From an uncultured Thermoplasmatales archaeon (GTDB lineage Archaea; Thermoplasmatota; E2; DHVEG-1), in NCBI GenBank assembly GCA_964414035.1, contig CAYPUK010000073.1:6399-26398 (forward strand): 20,000 nt of DNA, read 5' to 3'. Made by a program: the position numbers and the translations under genes. Below the pieces are notes generated by a model. It had not been told where the DNA came from. It ran no database searches and saw only the letters and a list, made by a program, of their open reading frames with translations. This document shows, piece by piece, positions 1 through 9,400 of this stretch; positions within the stretch are counted from its first letter, which is position 1, and each line of letters begins with the position of its first letter.

Positions 1-2
1 TC

Positions 3-2783
3 ATCGTGTTTTCATTTATCGCTCTGGTTTTGCCTTCATGTTCAATTTCAGCTGAATCTTCATTCAGCGATTCATTAGCTGAATCTATTTTATCTGATCC
101 TTCTATTCTATTAAGTTCATCATATAGTGATACTGATAGTTCCGGAAATCGTCAGGCAGATATTCTTTCATCCATGGGCGTTATGAATGCAACAAATGGT
201 GATTCATTTGTATTATTAAGTACTGGAATTGCAGGAGCATACCCCATGACTAGCAACGCTGAAAATCCTGGTACAGAGCGTGGTGAATGGTTTCGGGGTG
301 GTCAGTACCCTCGTGATAACTGGCCATATATTTATGATCGTGCAACGTTAACAATGGATGTATTAGTCCCAGAAGATATGAATTATGTTTATTATGACAC
401 TCAGTTCTTTAGTACTGAATATCCTGACTATGTTGGCTCATATTACAATGATGAGTTCACCGTCACAGTAGATTCTCCATCAAAAGGAATAAGTACTTAT
501 GTCGTTGATGTGAACAGTGGGCATTTTGTATTAGATGCACATTCATTATCTGGAACAGGTTTTGATCTCTTCGCTACAGATGGCAATCCTGATGGATATG
601 ATGAAGTAGATCAAGTTGATACCACGCCACGAGTAGATGCTTCTGATGCAGGTGCAACAGCATTACATACCGCAGGAGGTCATCCTGTTTCTCCAGGCGA
701 AAGAGTTACTATAACTTTTGAGATTAAAGATGAATGGGATAATCAATTTGATAGTACTGCATTCATTGATAATCTTATGTTTGCTCAATATGCACGACCA
801 GTTATTGAAGCAAGTAAAACTGTAGAAGAAATTGAAGTTGAAACAGATTCCTGTCATAATTATTTGAAATACACACTAACCATTTCTAATATTGGAGTTA
901 TTACTCAATCTGACAATCATGGAGATGAAATTCAAGATCCACTCCCAGAACATACGATTTATATGCCAAACTCTGCTACAGCAACCTCTGGCTACGTCTC
1001 ATTTGATTCAAATAATAATATAATAAAATGGAATGGGGAAGTACCTGGAGACAGCAGTGTAGTAATCACGTTCAAGGTTCAAGTGGAAGATTTTGAGTCA
1101 ACGGATAATTTACTTATATCTAATCAAGCTGGAGTGTACTGGGATAAAAATAATGATGGGAAAAACGAGGAATATTTATCAACAAATTGGGCTAACATTA
1201 CCGTTCAACCTGCAAACCTGCCACCTGTTGTTACTGATATTCCAGGCGAGACAATCTGTGGAGATGAGGGTTTTAAACAAATATACTTAGATGATTACGT
1301 GGATGATCCAGATGATGCAGACGAGGAAATAAGCTGGGAACTTCATAATGCAAGAACGCTATGGAGAAATAAGATAACAGGCCGAATTGAAGCAAGCGAG
1401 TATCTTGATTGGGTGGAGATTAGTGATAGAATTGCAACTATCTCATTTCCTGAAGATCAAAGTGAATGGGGAAAACCAGAACCTGCTGAAGATTATGAGC
1501 CTGTTATTGAAGGTGCGTCTTTTGTTTTTAAACCTCAATTCAACGCGATTGATCCTTGTGGACTCATTTCATTTACAAGTTCTGTAGGTAATTTCACTTT
1601 CTATGAAAGTTCTAGCCCAATAGCAAAAGACGATACTGATAATTGTAGTGAAGATAGCAGTGTATGGACCAATGTTTTAGAGAATGATTTTGATGTTGAT
1701 GAAAATCTTGATTATTCATCATTACAAGTTATTACCAGTCCAACAAATGGATCAACCACAGTGAACAAAACTACTGGTTTCATTAATTATCAACCCAATG
1801 AAAACTGGTATGGTATCGACTCATATGAATACCGTATTGACGATAACGATGGTAATACAGACACAGCAATAGTAACTATCACCGTTAACGAAATTAACGA
1901 TCCGCCATCTGCAAGCTTTTTTTATGATCCAAGTAATCCAACCACAGATGATCTAATCAATTTCACAAGTACATCCACTGACGATGAAGAAATTGTGAAT
2001 TGGACATGGAATATGGATGATGGAACCACATTATACGGCGAACAAGTAACCCACCAGTATACAGCCATCGGAAGTTACAATGTGAATCTAACAATTGAGG
2101 ATGAGAGAGGTGCAAATGCTACAGCTGCGGTGACGATTATTGTCTATCCTATTCTCAATCCTGATGAGTACCTCGAAGATTTTTCAGATGATATTGCTCC
2201 GGGCCCTGCTTCGGAAGGCGATTGGTTTTTGACCAGTTCTGATGGTCGTGGATGTAACTTCGAAGTTTCAGATGCAAGTCAATTTAATTATAGCAATCCA
2301 AATTCATTTAAAACTAAGATGAGAGCGGATGGAGAAGAATTATATTGGACATACAAAAATCTTAATTCATCTATTTTTGCTTGGGAAGTCTGGTTTTATT
2401 GCGGACAGTCAACTGAAGATACCGACTTGATATTAAACTTTAAAAATGACACTAATTCAATTGCAAAGATTAGGATTAAATATGATGGTGCGAGTATTGA
2501 TTCACCTGTCGGTCCGTCAATAGATATAATATATATTAATGGAGAACAAAGTACTGAACTCGGCTCATACCTATCTAATGGATTCTATAGACTCCAAATC
2601 ATAGATGGTGGTAATGACACCCAATATTATCTATATTCTGAAGAAGAAGGTTTCAATAATATGATTTCTATCGATGGTCAATCATTCTCTGGATTGGATA
2701 AACTCGAATGGAGTTCATCAAAGAATGCCGTTGTCTGCCCAATGTTATTCTGGGATGACCACATCATCGAACTGAATGAATAA
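3..2783 (+). CDS. Secreted multidomain adhesin-like surface protein, 5'-partial (choice-of-anchor-L-like N-domain, DUF11-like domain, cadherin-like Ig domain, PKD domain, unassigned ~200-aa C-terminal domain)
   Basis: The frame is open to the window edge. The first residues, ..IVFSFIALVLPSCSISA/ES, look like the h/c-region of a signal peptide, so the true start is probably just upstream and the GTG at 6 is doubtful. Motifs: FVLLSTG and FFSTEYPDYVGSYYNDEF (choice-of-anchor-L type); KYTLTISNIG...VVITFKVQV (DUF11/CARDB-like); PIAKDD..NVLENDFDVD..YEYRIDDNDGNTDTAIVTITVNEINDPP (cadherin-like, ~1614-1904); FTSTSTDDEEIVNWTWNMDDGTTLYGEQVTHQYTAIGSYNVNLTIEDERGA (PKD, ~1905-2147). TAA stop at 2781-2783. 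Confidence 0.85.
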   Translation: MVFSFIALVLPSCSISAESSFSDSLAESILSDPSILLSSSYSDTDSSGNRQADILSSMGVMNATNGDSFVLLSTGIAGAYPMTSNAENPGTERGEWFRGGQYPRDNWPYIYDRATLTMDVLVPEDMNYVYYDTQFFSTEYPDYVGSYYNDEFTVTVDSPSKGISTYVVDVNSGHFVLDAHSLSGTGFDLFATDGNPDGYDEVDQVDTTPRVDASDAGATALHTAGGHPVSPGERVTITFEIKDEWDNQFDSTAFIDNLMFAQYARPVIEASKTVEEIEVETDSCHNYLKYTLTISNIGVITQSDNHGDEIQDPLPEHTIYMPNSATATSGYVSFDSNNNIIKWNGEVPGDSSVVITFKVQVEDFESTDNLLISNQAGVYWDKNNDGKNEEYLSTNWANITVQPANLPPVVTDIPGETICGDEGFKQIYLDDYVDDPDDADEEISWELHNARTLWRNKITGRIEASEYLDWVEISDRIATISFPEDQSEWGKPEPAEDYEPVIEGASFVFKPQFNAIDPCGLISFTSSVGNFTFYESSSPIAKDDTDNCSEDSSVWTNVLENDFDVDENLDYSSLQVITSPTNGSTTVNKTTGFINYQPNENWYGIDSYEYRIDDNDGNTDTAIVTITVNEINDPPSASFFYDPSNPTTDDLINFTSTSTDDEEIVNWTWNMDDGTTLYGEQVTHQYTAIGSYNVNLTIEDERGANATAAVTIIVYPILNPDEYLEDFSDDIAPGPASEGDWFLTSSDGRGCNFEVSDASQFNYSNPNSFKTKMRADGEELYWTYKNLNSSIFAWEVWFYCGQSTEDTDLILNFKNDTNSIAKIRIKYDGASIDSPVGPSIDIIYINGEQSTELGSYLSNGFYRLQIIDGGNDTQYYLYSEEEGFNNMISIDGQSFSGLDKLEWSSSKNAVVCPMLFWDDHIIELNE

Positions 2784-2794
2784 CCGACAAGAGA

Positions 2795-3514
2795 TCATGG
2801 TATCTTTCTATTGGGGTTGAAAAAATCCCCATATTCTTCTTCTATTTCATCAACGATACCTTGATGTTGACCAGCACCACCTTGGTACATATCTTCAAAT
2901 TGCATTAAGGTCGTATTAAATTCTTCAAGTAATTCAGTTGTGTTATCTGCATAAGATTCATTTAAGAGTTTCTCTGCGATTTCAGATAGCATACTACTTG
3001 CATTATATCGAAGCATGGACAATGAATACCCTGATTTTGATAAATCAATGTATAAATCAAGAATTTCTTGATATGATCCTACAGTTGTATATTCTTTGGT
3101 TTCTTGGAAATAGTCTTGAGCAAGATCAAAGTTTACACTTGCATTCGTATAATATTGCATTGCTTGGGTACAGTTATCGATTATTTTCTGATATTCTCTT
3201 TGTGGAAACCAGATTCGAGCAGCATAATCAAAATGAAGATTGCCATTTCCTCTGATTTCTCTAGAAACATCTACGAGGCTCATCGAGCGAAGTAAATGAT
3301 AAGTAAAGTTCTCCCCATCATTTTGTAATCGATCAAGTTCAGAATCCTTATTAGATAGATCAGTTTCTAATTGATCGATATCTTCTGACATTGCTTCAAT
3401 TTGATTGCTGTTTATTGCATTTACACCAAGGAAAGTAATAACAATCCCCAATGCTAAGATGATAATGAATAAAACAGCCATGTTTTTGTTAGTTTCAAAT
3501 TCCATATTTACCAT
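2795..3514 (-). CDS. Single-pass membrane-anchored protein with helical, acidic, sequon-rich ectodomain (no family recognised)
   Basis: The ORF is 2795..3586. Its first ~24 codons (MNWPNYAMICQHF..) look non-coding and run towards the tRNA. ATG at 3514 (MVNMEF..) or 3505 gives a short tail, then a TM helix (MAVLFIIILALGIVITFLGV), then ~200 aa with a coiled-coil-like start (EDIDQLETDLSNKDSELDRLQ) and at least six N-x-S/T sequons. The start codon is uncertain. Confidence 0.6.
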   Translation of the reverse strand: MVNMEFETNKNMAVLFIIILALGIVITFLGVNAINSNQIEAMSEDIDQLETDLSNKDSELDRLQNDGENFTYHLLRSMSLVDVSREIRGNGNLHFDYAARIWFPQREYQKIIDNCTQAMQYYTNASVNFDLAQDYFQETKEYTTVGSYQEILDLYIDLSKSGYSLSMLRYNASSMLSEIAEKLLNESYADNTTELLEEFNTTLMQFEDMYQGGAGQHQGIVDEIEEEYGDFFNPNRKIP

Positions 3515-3638
3515 CCCATGAATGATGCTTATCATGTTATTAGTTAAAAAATGTTGGCATATCATAGCATAGTTTGGCCAATTCAAGGGAAAAATTTAAA
3601 GAAGGATTGTTATTTACCCCTTTAGCAGAAAACTAGTT

Positions 3639-3711
3639 GCCCTGGTAGTGTAGTGGCCTATCATCCTAGCCTGTCGAGCTAGGGACTCGGATTCAAATTC
3701 CGGCCGGGGCG
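3639..3711 (+). tRNA. tRNA-Asp (anticodon GTC), no encoded CCA
   Basis: Hand-folded cloverleaf. Acceptor GCCCTGG/CCGGGGC (one G.U); anticodon stem CTAGC/GCTAG; loop CTGTCGA with GTC at 3673-3675; T-arm TCGGA-TTCAAAT-TCCGG (archaeal-type T-loop); discriminator G at 3711. An oligo-T tract follows. Confidence 0.9.
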
Positions 3712-3734
3712 CTTCATTATTTTTTTATTTTGTT
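3712..3734 (+). terminator. Oligo-T tract downstream of tRNA-Asp (archaeal-type intrinsic termination signal)
   Basis: The sequence cttcattatttttttattttg lies immediately 3' of the tRNA. Archaeal RNA polymerase terminates at oligo-T runs. Confidence 0.4.
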
Positions 3735-3762
3735 GGTAAACTCTTATTTTTTGGTGGTAAAG

Positions 3763-3769
3763 TATATAA
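3763..3769 (+). promoter_or_regulatory. Candidate TATA box (TATATAA) preceded by purine-rich BRE-like GGTAAAG, upstream of the cold-shock gene
   Basis: The sequence is ggtggtaaagTATATAAgaaag. If used, the TSS would fall near ~3795, giving a ~100-nt leader before ATG 3893. A second AT-rich candidate lies at ~3845-3860. Confidence 0.3.
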
Positions 3770-3892
3770 GAAAGTGTTTCTATGCCTCCTGAGAAATTGA
3801 AAAACAAGAGAATAGAAGATAAAGAGTTTGAAATGATATTTTTGAATTTTTTATTTTTTGTTTTCTAAGAAATAAACTGGAGAAAAAACAGT

Positions 3893-4084
3893 ATGAATGG
3901 AAAAGTAAAATGGTACCATCCAAAAAAAGGATACGGTTTTATAACCGCAGAGGATGGAAAAGACGTTTTTGTGCATTATACATCCCTTCCAGATGGCATG
4001 TATCTTCATGAGGGCGATGAAGTAGAATTTGAAGTTGAAGAAGGAGAAAAAGGGTTAAAAGCTGTTGACCTTAAAAAATTATAA
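3893..4084 (+). CDS. csp: Cold-shock domain protein (CspA family)
   Basis: 63 aa with both nucleic-acid-binding motifs: RNP1 KGYGFI and RNP2 VFVHY. MNGKVKWYHPKKGYGFITAEDGKDVFVHYTSL is a near-canonical Csp N-terminus. A GGAG lies ~12 nt upstream of the ATG. Confidence 0.92.
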   Translation: MNGKVKWYHPKKGYGFITAEDGKDVFVHYTSLPDGMYLHEGDEVEFEVEEGEKGLKAVDLKKL

Positions 4085-4087
4085 ATA

Positions 4088-4130
4088 ATGTGGTTTCTCC
4101 TACAAATACCACATCATTCTTTTTCTTCTT
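4088..4130 (+). terminator. Hairpin plus T-rich tract after csp
   Basis: A 7-bp stem, ATGTGGT (4088-4094) / ACCACAT (4108-4114), is followed by cattctttttcttcttt and further T-runs. Confidence 0.45.
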
Positions 4131-4274
4131 TATCACGTTTTTTTGATTTTTTTACTTTTTTTATATTGTTTTAACTTGACATTAATTCTATGAAATATTC
4201 ATTTTTGGTTTTTTTTATCAGAAAGCAATGCTGAAACGGAAAGACAATGTTTAAATAGTAAGAACAACAAAAAA

Positions 4275-4283
4275 TATATATAA
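4275..4283 (+). promoter_or_regulatory. Candidate TATA box (TATATATAA) for the 139-aa gene
   Basis: It lies ~50 nt upstream of ATG 4332. A second TATAAAA sits at 4291-4297, and a purine-rich GAGGGGG sits ~11 nt before the ATG. Confidence 0.3.
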
Positions 4284-4331
4284 TGTTTGTTATAAAATTG
4301 ATGGGGTCAGCAAAGAGGGGGCATTTCTTCC

Positions 4332-4751
4332 ATGGATATAATTACATTACAAATAATGAAAGATGCTATAGAATATAAAATTGGATTAAGAAAGCAAAGA
4401 GCAAAAGAGATTGCAACCTTTATCATGGACATTTTTGGCTATGAACGAAGGATCATCGATAATGTTCTCACTAGTGACGAACGACAAATTTTTTATATGT
4501 TAGAACGCGAAGGAATTTTAAATACTTGTAGAGAACAAACCCGTCTTTATGATGGTCGAGCCTGGATGACACATTACTGGGAATTAAACGCTAGCGATAT
4601 CATTCAGTATTCAACGAAAAGCACACCTCAAAAAATTAAAAAAACATTACAAGAAAAGGTTTCATCTCAAACAAATATTTATAACACACTTTCTGAAGAA
4701 AAATGGCTTACAAGAAAAATACTTCATCATGATCCATTTTCAACCGTTTAG
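4332..4751 (+). CDS. Small cytoplasmic protein of unknown function (possible winged-helix-like segment)
   Basis: 139 aa with no TM helix or signal peptide. ERQIFYMLEREGILNTCREQTRLYDGRAWMTHYWELN resembles the recognition-helix plus wing pattern of wHTH proteins, but no family was confidently recognised. Confidence 0.6.
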   Translation: MDIITLQIMKDAIEYKIGLRKQRAKEIATFIMDIFGYERRIIDNVLTSDERQIFYMLEREGILNTCREQTRLYDGRAWMTHYWELNASDIIQYSTKSTPQKIKKTLQEKVSSQTNIYNTLSEEKWLTRKILHHDPFSTV

Positions 4752-4779
4752 AACATGCAAAAAAAAGTAAAACAATTGA

Positions 4780-6342
4780 TTATTTTTCTTTGATGAGAAC
4801 ATCATCAAAATCATCAAATAAATCAACTAACATGTTTTTATCTTCATTTTTAAGATACACATCAAAAAATGCTTTTTCAAACAAGCGAGTAATTCTAACA
4901 ACATGCATAGAATCTGCGGATCCAAAACCAAGAAGAGAGGCAGGAACAAACGGTATCAAATGACCAAGCAAAACTCCAACATCAGTATAACTATAATGGG
5001 CTGAACCAATAATTCCAACCTGATATGCATCATTACTAAACTGATCCCATACATGATTATAACTACTATGATTAAACCGTTGTTCTGCACACATTAACAA
5101 AAATGGAGTGGAAATGGATCCAGTTAAAAAATCGTTATACACAACTCCATCCAAGGTGAATCCTGCTTGAATTCGTTCATCTTCATAGCAACAACTCATG
5201 GTTGCTGCGCCCCCAAAAGAATGACCAAACATACCAACTCGTGAACAATCAAAAACACCTGAGAGTAGTGGATCAGTCTGATTCAATTCTTCAATAGTAT
5301 CTAAAACAAATAATGCATCATCTATAACCGATCGTTGAGATCGCATTAAAAATTCTCTTGACTCAGAAAAATTACCTGGAAGATCCGCAATATATACTGC
5401 TCGACCATCAGGAAAAACAGTAACTCCCGATACAAACGGATGATTCATAGATACAACAACATATCCATGACTGACCATCTCATCTATAAAAGATGTATAA
5501 ATCACATCAACACCATCGTAACCTGGAGAAAATAACAATACTGGAAAAGAAGTTGATTTAATTGGTAACGCATCCTCATAAACATAAGGATGAATGAATG
5601 TGTATGCCTCCTTTGGAATGGTTACTAAGGGAACAGGACCTTGATCTCTTAACCACGAAAACGTAATTTTATCCATGTAATCAGATCTTTTATCAAAGTC
5701 AGAACAGTCCGTTGGATACCATACATTTATCATCAATTCCCGATGATCTGTTTCATCTTCAGTAAACCACTCCTCCCTTGACTCATCAACGAGATGATGC
5801 GATTTAACACCAACCTGATATGGACCAGTGGGCTTTGGTAAAAACGAACCATCATAATTTCCAGAACCCGTGATTTTGCCAATTTTTGGAAGGAATACTG
5901 AAAATGTAAACGATGGCATCTGAGCATCTATTGAGCCGATCATAACTGATGTTTTAGAAGACTCAATAGAGGTGATTGACCCAACAATAAACTGATTGGA
6001 AATGTAAGCATTAAATGAAAAAGAAAACGATGAATTGTTATCTTTAATGAAACCCTTTATGTTTCCGATCGTATCAGATCTACCAAATGTAATGTTTCCA
6101 CTCAGGATTCCCTGCATGTTCTGATCGGTTGCCTTCCAAAATCCTAAAAGATAACCATCCGATGGATCCGTAACAGGCATCTGTTGTTCATATCCTTCTA
6201 TGTTACTACACTCATGCTGATAGGAACGTTCGTTAACAATACTACTTACTGGAGATTGTAAACAAAAAACAATAATAATTACAAAAATAACACGGATTAT
6301 TGAATTAGTAGTAAACAGAGAAAAGAATCTAGATTTCTTCAT
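4780..6342 (-). CDS. Secreted alpha/beta hydrolase, platelet-activating-factor acetylhydrolase (PAF-AH isoform II)/lipase-like
   Basis: N-terminal signal/anchor: MKKSRFFSLFTTNSIIRVIFVIIIVFCLQSPVSS. Family-typical LPKPTGPYQVGV..RELMINVWYP and FPVLLFSPGYDG..SHGYVVVSMNHP. Nucleophile elbow GHSFGG (Ser codon at 5218-5220) with downstream D and H candidates. The track start at 6345 is TTG; the adjacent ATG at 6342 is preferred, with AGGTGA ~12 nt upstream. Confidence 0.85.
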   Translation of the reverse strand: MKKSRFFSLFTTNSIIRVIFVIIIVFCLQSPVSSIVNERSYQHECSNIEGYEQQMPVTDPSDGYLLGFWKATDQNMQGILSGNITFGRSDTIGNIKGFIKDNNSSFSFSFNAYISNQFIVGSITSIESSKTSVMIGSIDAQMPSFTFSVFLPKIGKITGSGNYDGSFLPKPTGPYQVGVKSHHLVDESREEWFTEDETDHRELMINVWYPTDCSDFDKRSDYMDKITFSWLRDQGPVPLVTIPKEAYTFIHPYVYEDALPIKSTSFPVLLFSPGYDGVDVIYTSFIDEMVSHGYVVVSMNHPFVSGVTVFPDGRAVYIADLPGNFSESREFLMRSQRSVIDDALFVLDTIEELNQTDPLLSGVFDCSRVGMFGHSFGGAATMSCCYEDERIQAGFTLDGVVYNDFLTGSISTPFLLMCAEQRFNHSSYNHVWDQFSNDAYQVGIIGSAHYSYTDVGVLLGHLIPFVPASLLGFGSADSMHVVRITRLFEKAFFDVYLKNEDKNMLVDLFDDFDDVLIKEK

Positions 6343-6406
6343 CAAAGAATATATCTCACCTTATTTATTTAAATATGTTGAACGAAAAAAAGAAAGATAA
6401 TTGGAA

Positions 6407-9400
6407 TTAATGCATGAGAATTCCAAGCCCGATTCCTGCAAACCATTGATTATGTTCCCCTGCAATTCCAAAAAACAATTGCGCTGAACCTGATTGAGCA
6501 CCTGATCTCCCATAGACTCCACTTGTTCCAGCTGAAAAACAAAAACCTTCATCAAACTGCCACTGTAATCTTCCAAGATGCAAACATGATGGAAAACGAT
6601 GATTCTCTGAAGAAAAGAGATTCAAATTACTTCCAGATTGGCCCATACCAATGATGAATCCTATTGCATTTGAAAAATCACCTGATGATTCCCAATTGGT
6701 GATATGAACCCAATGTTGATCAGTCCAAGTTTGCCCTGATTCATCAAAAGCCTGAGCGCGAATCATCACATTCGCACCAGCTGAACTCAATTCAGGATCC
6801 AAAGACAATTGATCTTCAATTTCTTCCACATCACAATACCATTCAAAAGGAGGTTCGTTATCAACATATGGCAAACCTTCTCGTTCTCCAAACGGTTCAA
6901 TATCAAACTCTACCCGTTCGATACCCACATTATCTGATGGATTAGATCTTACCCAAAACGGAGTTTCAACTTCCTCTTCATTTGCTGGAGAAGTAATTTC
7001 AACGTAAGGTCGATCTGCATCAATTTTTATTACTCGTCTATTATCAGAAGAAGTTCGGCTTTCGATATTACCCGCATTGTCTGAAGCCCAGAACACAACC
7101 GTCCATTCCCCCATCCAGTTTGAAGACTGTGACGTACTTAACTTTAGACCACTATCAGGATTATACGTTTGCTGTTCTCCATTATTTAAGGTATAATAAA
7201 TCGATTTCACACCACTACCCGTATCCTTAGGATAATCCTCAGCATGCAACCAAAGAATGACACTTTCACTAATGTACCAATCATTTAAACCTTGTATTCC
7301 CTCAATATCTTCAACCGTTGTTTCAGGTGGTTCATCATCCTCTCCAACATAAGAAACACTCCAGTAATCTAAAAATGGTGAGGAAGAAGGATTATTTCGA
7401 TGAAACGTTGCTTTTAAGCGAATCGATGATGATTTAATGTTTTGAATATTTGCTCCAGATGACACATCAGCCATAATCACATCTGTTGGATCATATCCGT
7501 TAACAATATCAAACGTGATATCTCCTTGTTTTTCTGCTTCAAACAGGTGCCAGGATTCCAAATTCGATGGAGTAATCGGTTCTGACATGATCTGACTTGT
7601 TACTACCAGACTGTGCTCCTCACTAACATTATACGTTACCTCTGATCCACTTGGTGTATTAAATGACCAAGTATTTGAATACACATCTGGTAAATTTAAT
7701 GCATTATACGGATCAGGATACTCAACACGAGTATCTTCCCAGGCTACAAAAATGTGATCTCCACTTGAATCAATGTTTGCCCAATCAGCTGGATCTGATT
7801 CTGAATCACTTAATTGAAGAACATATGGATTAACATTCCCTTCTGAGGAAACAAGTTTTCCCCAGATATCTCCTCCACCGTCATAAACCACAAAAAAAGA
7901 AGAACTAAGATGCGGGACTACGTTAGTTCGTTCAAATGCACCATTTGCTATTTTAAACGTGTCAACGACCGTATTTCCATTTTCATCTAAGAGTTTTCCC
8001 CAGATATGACCATACCATTCATTATCACTAATATCATCTTCCTGCCAGGTAATCAAAAACCGTTCGGTTAGATCACAAAACGCAACACACGGAAAATTAT
8101 AATCAACTACAGATGATGCTTGTTGAGAAATAAGGAATTCATCACCTAATGAATCACCATTAATGGTAAATAGCTGCCCCCATATTTCAAAGGGTCCTAG
8201 TTCTGGATCAACGCCTTCTTCCCAAACAATCATGTAATGATTGTTCTTAGCATCTAAAGTAATCCATGGTTCACATTGAGAATTAGGATTATCAGAAATA
8301 ATTTTTTCAGATCCAATTTGATCCCCATTAATATCAAAGAATTTTCCATAGATGTTATAATTACTGGTTCCTTCACGTCCGTCTTCCCAAACCACGAAAA
8401 AACGATGCTGTCCATCATCATAGGACACAACGGGATCAGCTTGATTTCCAGATTCAACACAAATGTCGATGTACTCTACATCAGTGATACTTGTTGCATC
8501 AGCAGCAACTAATGCTCCTTTAATATCTCTACTTAAGTCATCAGATGGGGTATTATAATATTCATATGCTACAAAAAAGAGTTCTGTTGATTCACTTTTA
8601 CCATAGGAAGCAGCAGGATTTTCACAGCGAAACGCTGTTGTTGGGTTTTCATTCCATTCCGTGATATCGAATCTGTTGCCAATTTGTTCTCCCTCCTCAG
8701 AATAAAAGCAACCTCTGATTTGTTGTCGATAGATCATACCTAACGGTAAATAGCGAGGTGTTCCTTCTTCCCAGCTCACAAAGAACCTATCATCCCCCCA
8801 GCAAACATCTGGATCCCACGCACCTTCATTTTCCATATGATATGAAACCTTATGATCATGAGCATAATATTTTTGCCAACTGTTCTCATCAAAAACAGAC
8901 CAGTATTCACTTTCATCGGTAGCAGTTGGATTTCCATAAAAGACACTTATGTTACTTTGTCCCTCAGGCAGAGAAGAGATGCGAAGCCATATGATAGCAT
9001 AAGGGTTATTTGGCTCTGGATTTTTTTCTTCGATCCAATAAGGAAGCCAATAATCATCAGTATTGAATTTGAATCGTAAATCAGCATAATCCGATCTCAT
9101 ATCACTATCATAATCTACGGTGATTTTAATCACTGCATCACTCATCGAAACAGCACTAGTTATTGAAATGATTTTCATCCGAGTCCATGCTGCATCAGTC
9201 CACTGTGGAAAGGTTGCATACATTACCACTTTTCCATCTTCAACCAGATAATGTTCAGAATGAGTATCATCTATTTTTTGAGCATTATCAAACGTATCGT
9301 CCCAGGTGTAATAATTATCGTCGACTGAAACAGTATCAGAAAGATTTTTTGTGGTTTCTTCAACAATATCAGTAGAAATCGAAGATGATTGCATTGCTGA

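Noticed and set aside
663-1587. Short ORFs 663..857(-), 1093..1290(+) and 1387..1587(+) inside the adhesin gene
   Set aside because: They are wholly nested, in alternate frames or antisense, within a long ORF that has clear domain motifs. They are low-complexity, lack start context, and are typical AT-rich-genome artefacts.
2938-3295. ORFs 2938..3255(+) and 3104..3295(+) antisense to the 2795..3514 gene
   Set aside because: They lie antisense to a better-supported ORF that has a TM anchor. Their sequence is not protein-like (runs of L/I/F/Y produced by the AT-rich complement).
6361-6576. 71-aa ORF 6361..6576(-); also 5733..5927(-), 8254..8460(-), 8276..8512(+), 8852..9079(+), 9187..9375(+), 11054..11251(-), 14039..14239(-), 14571..14759(-) and 17296..17592(-)
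   Set aside because: All are nested in or antisense to long, motif-supported genes. There is no independent evidence for them.
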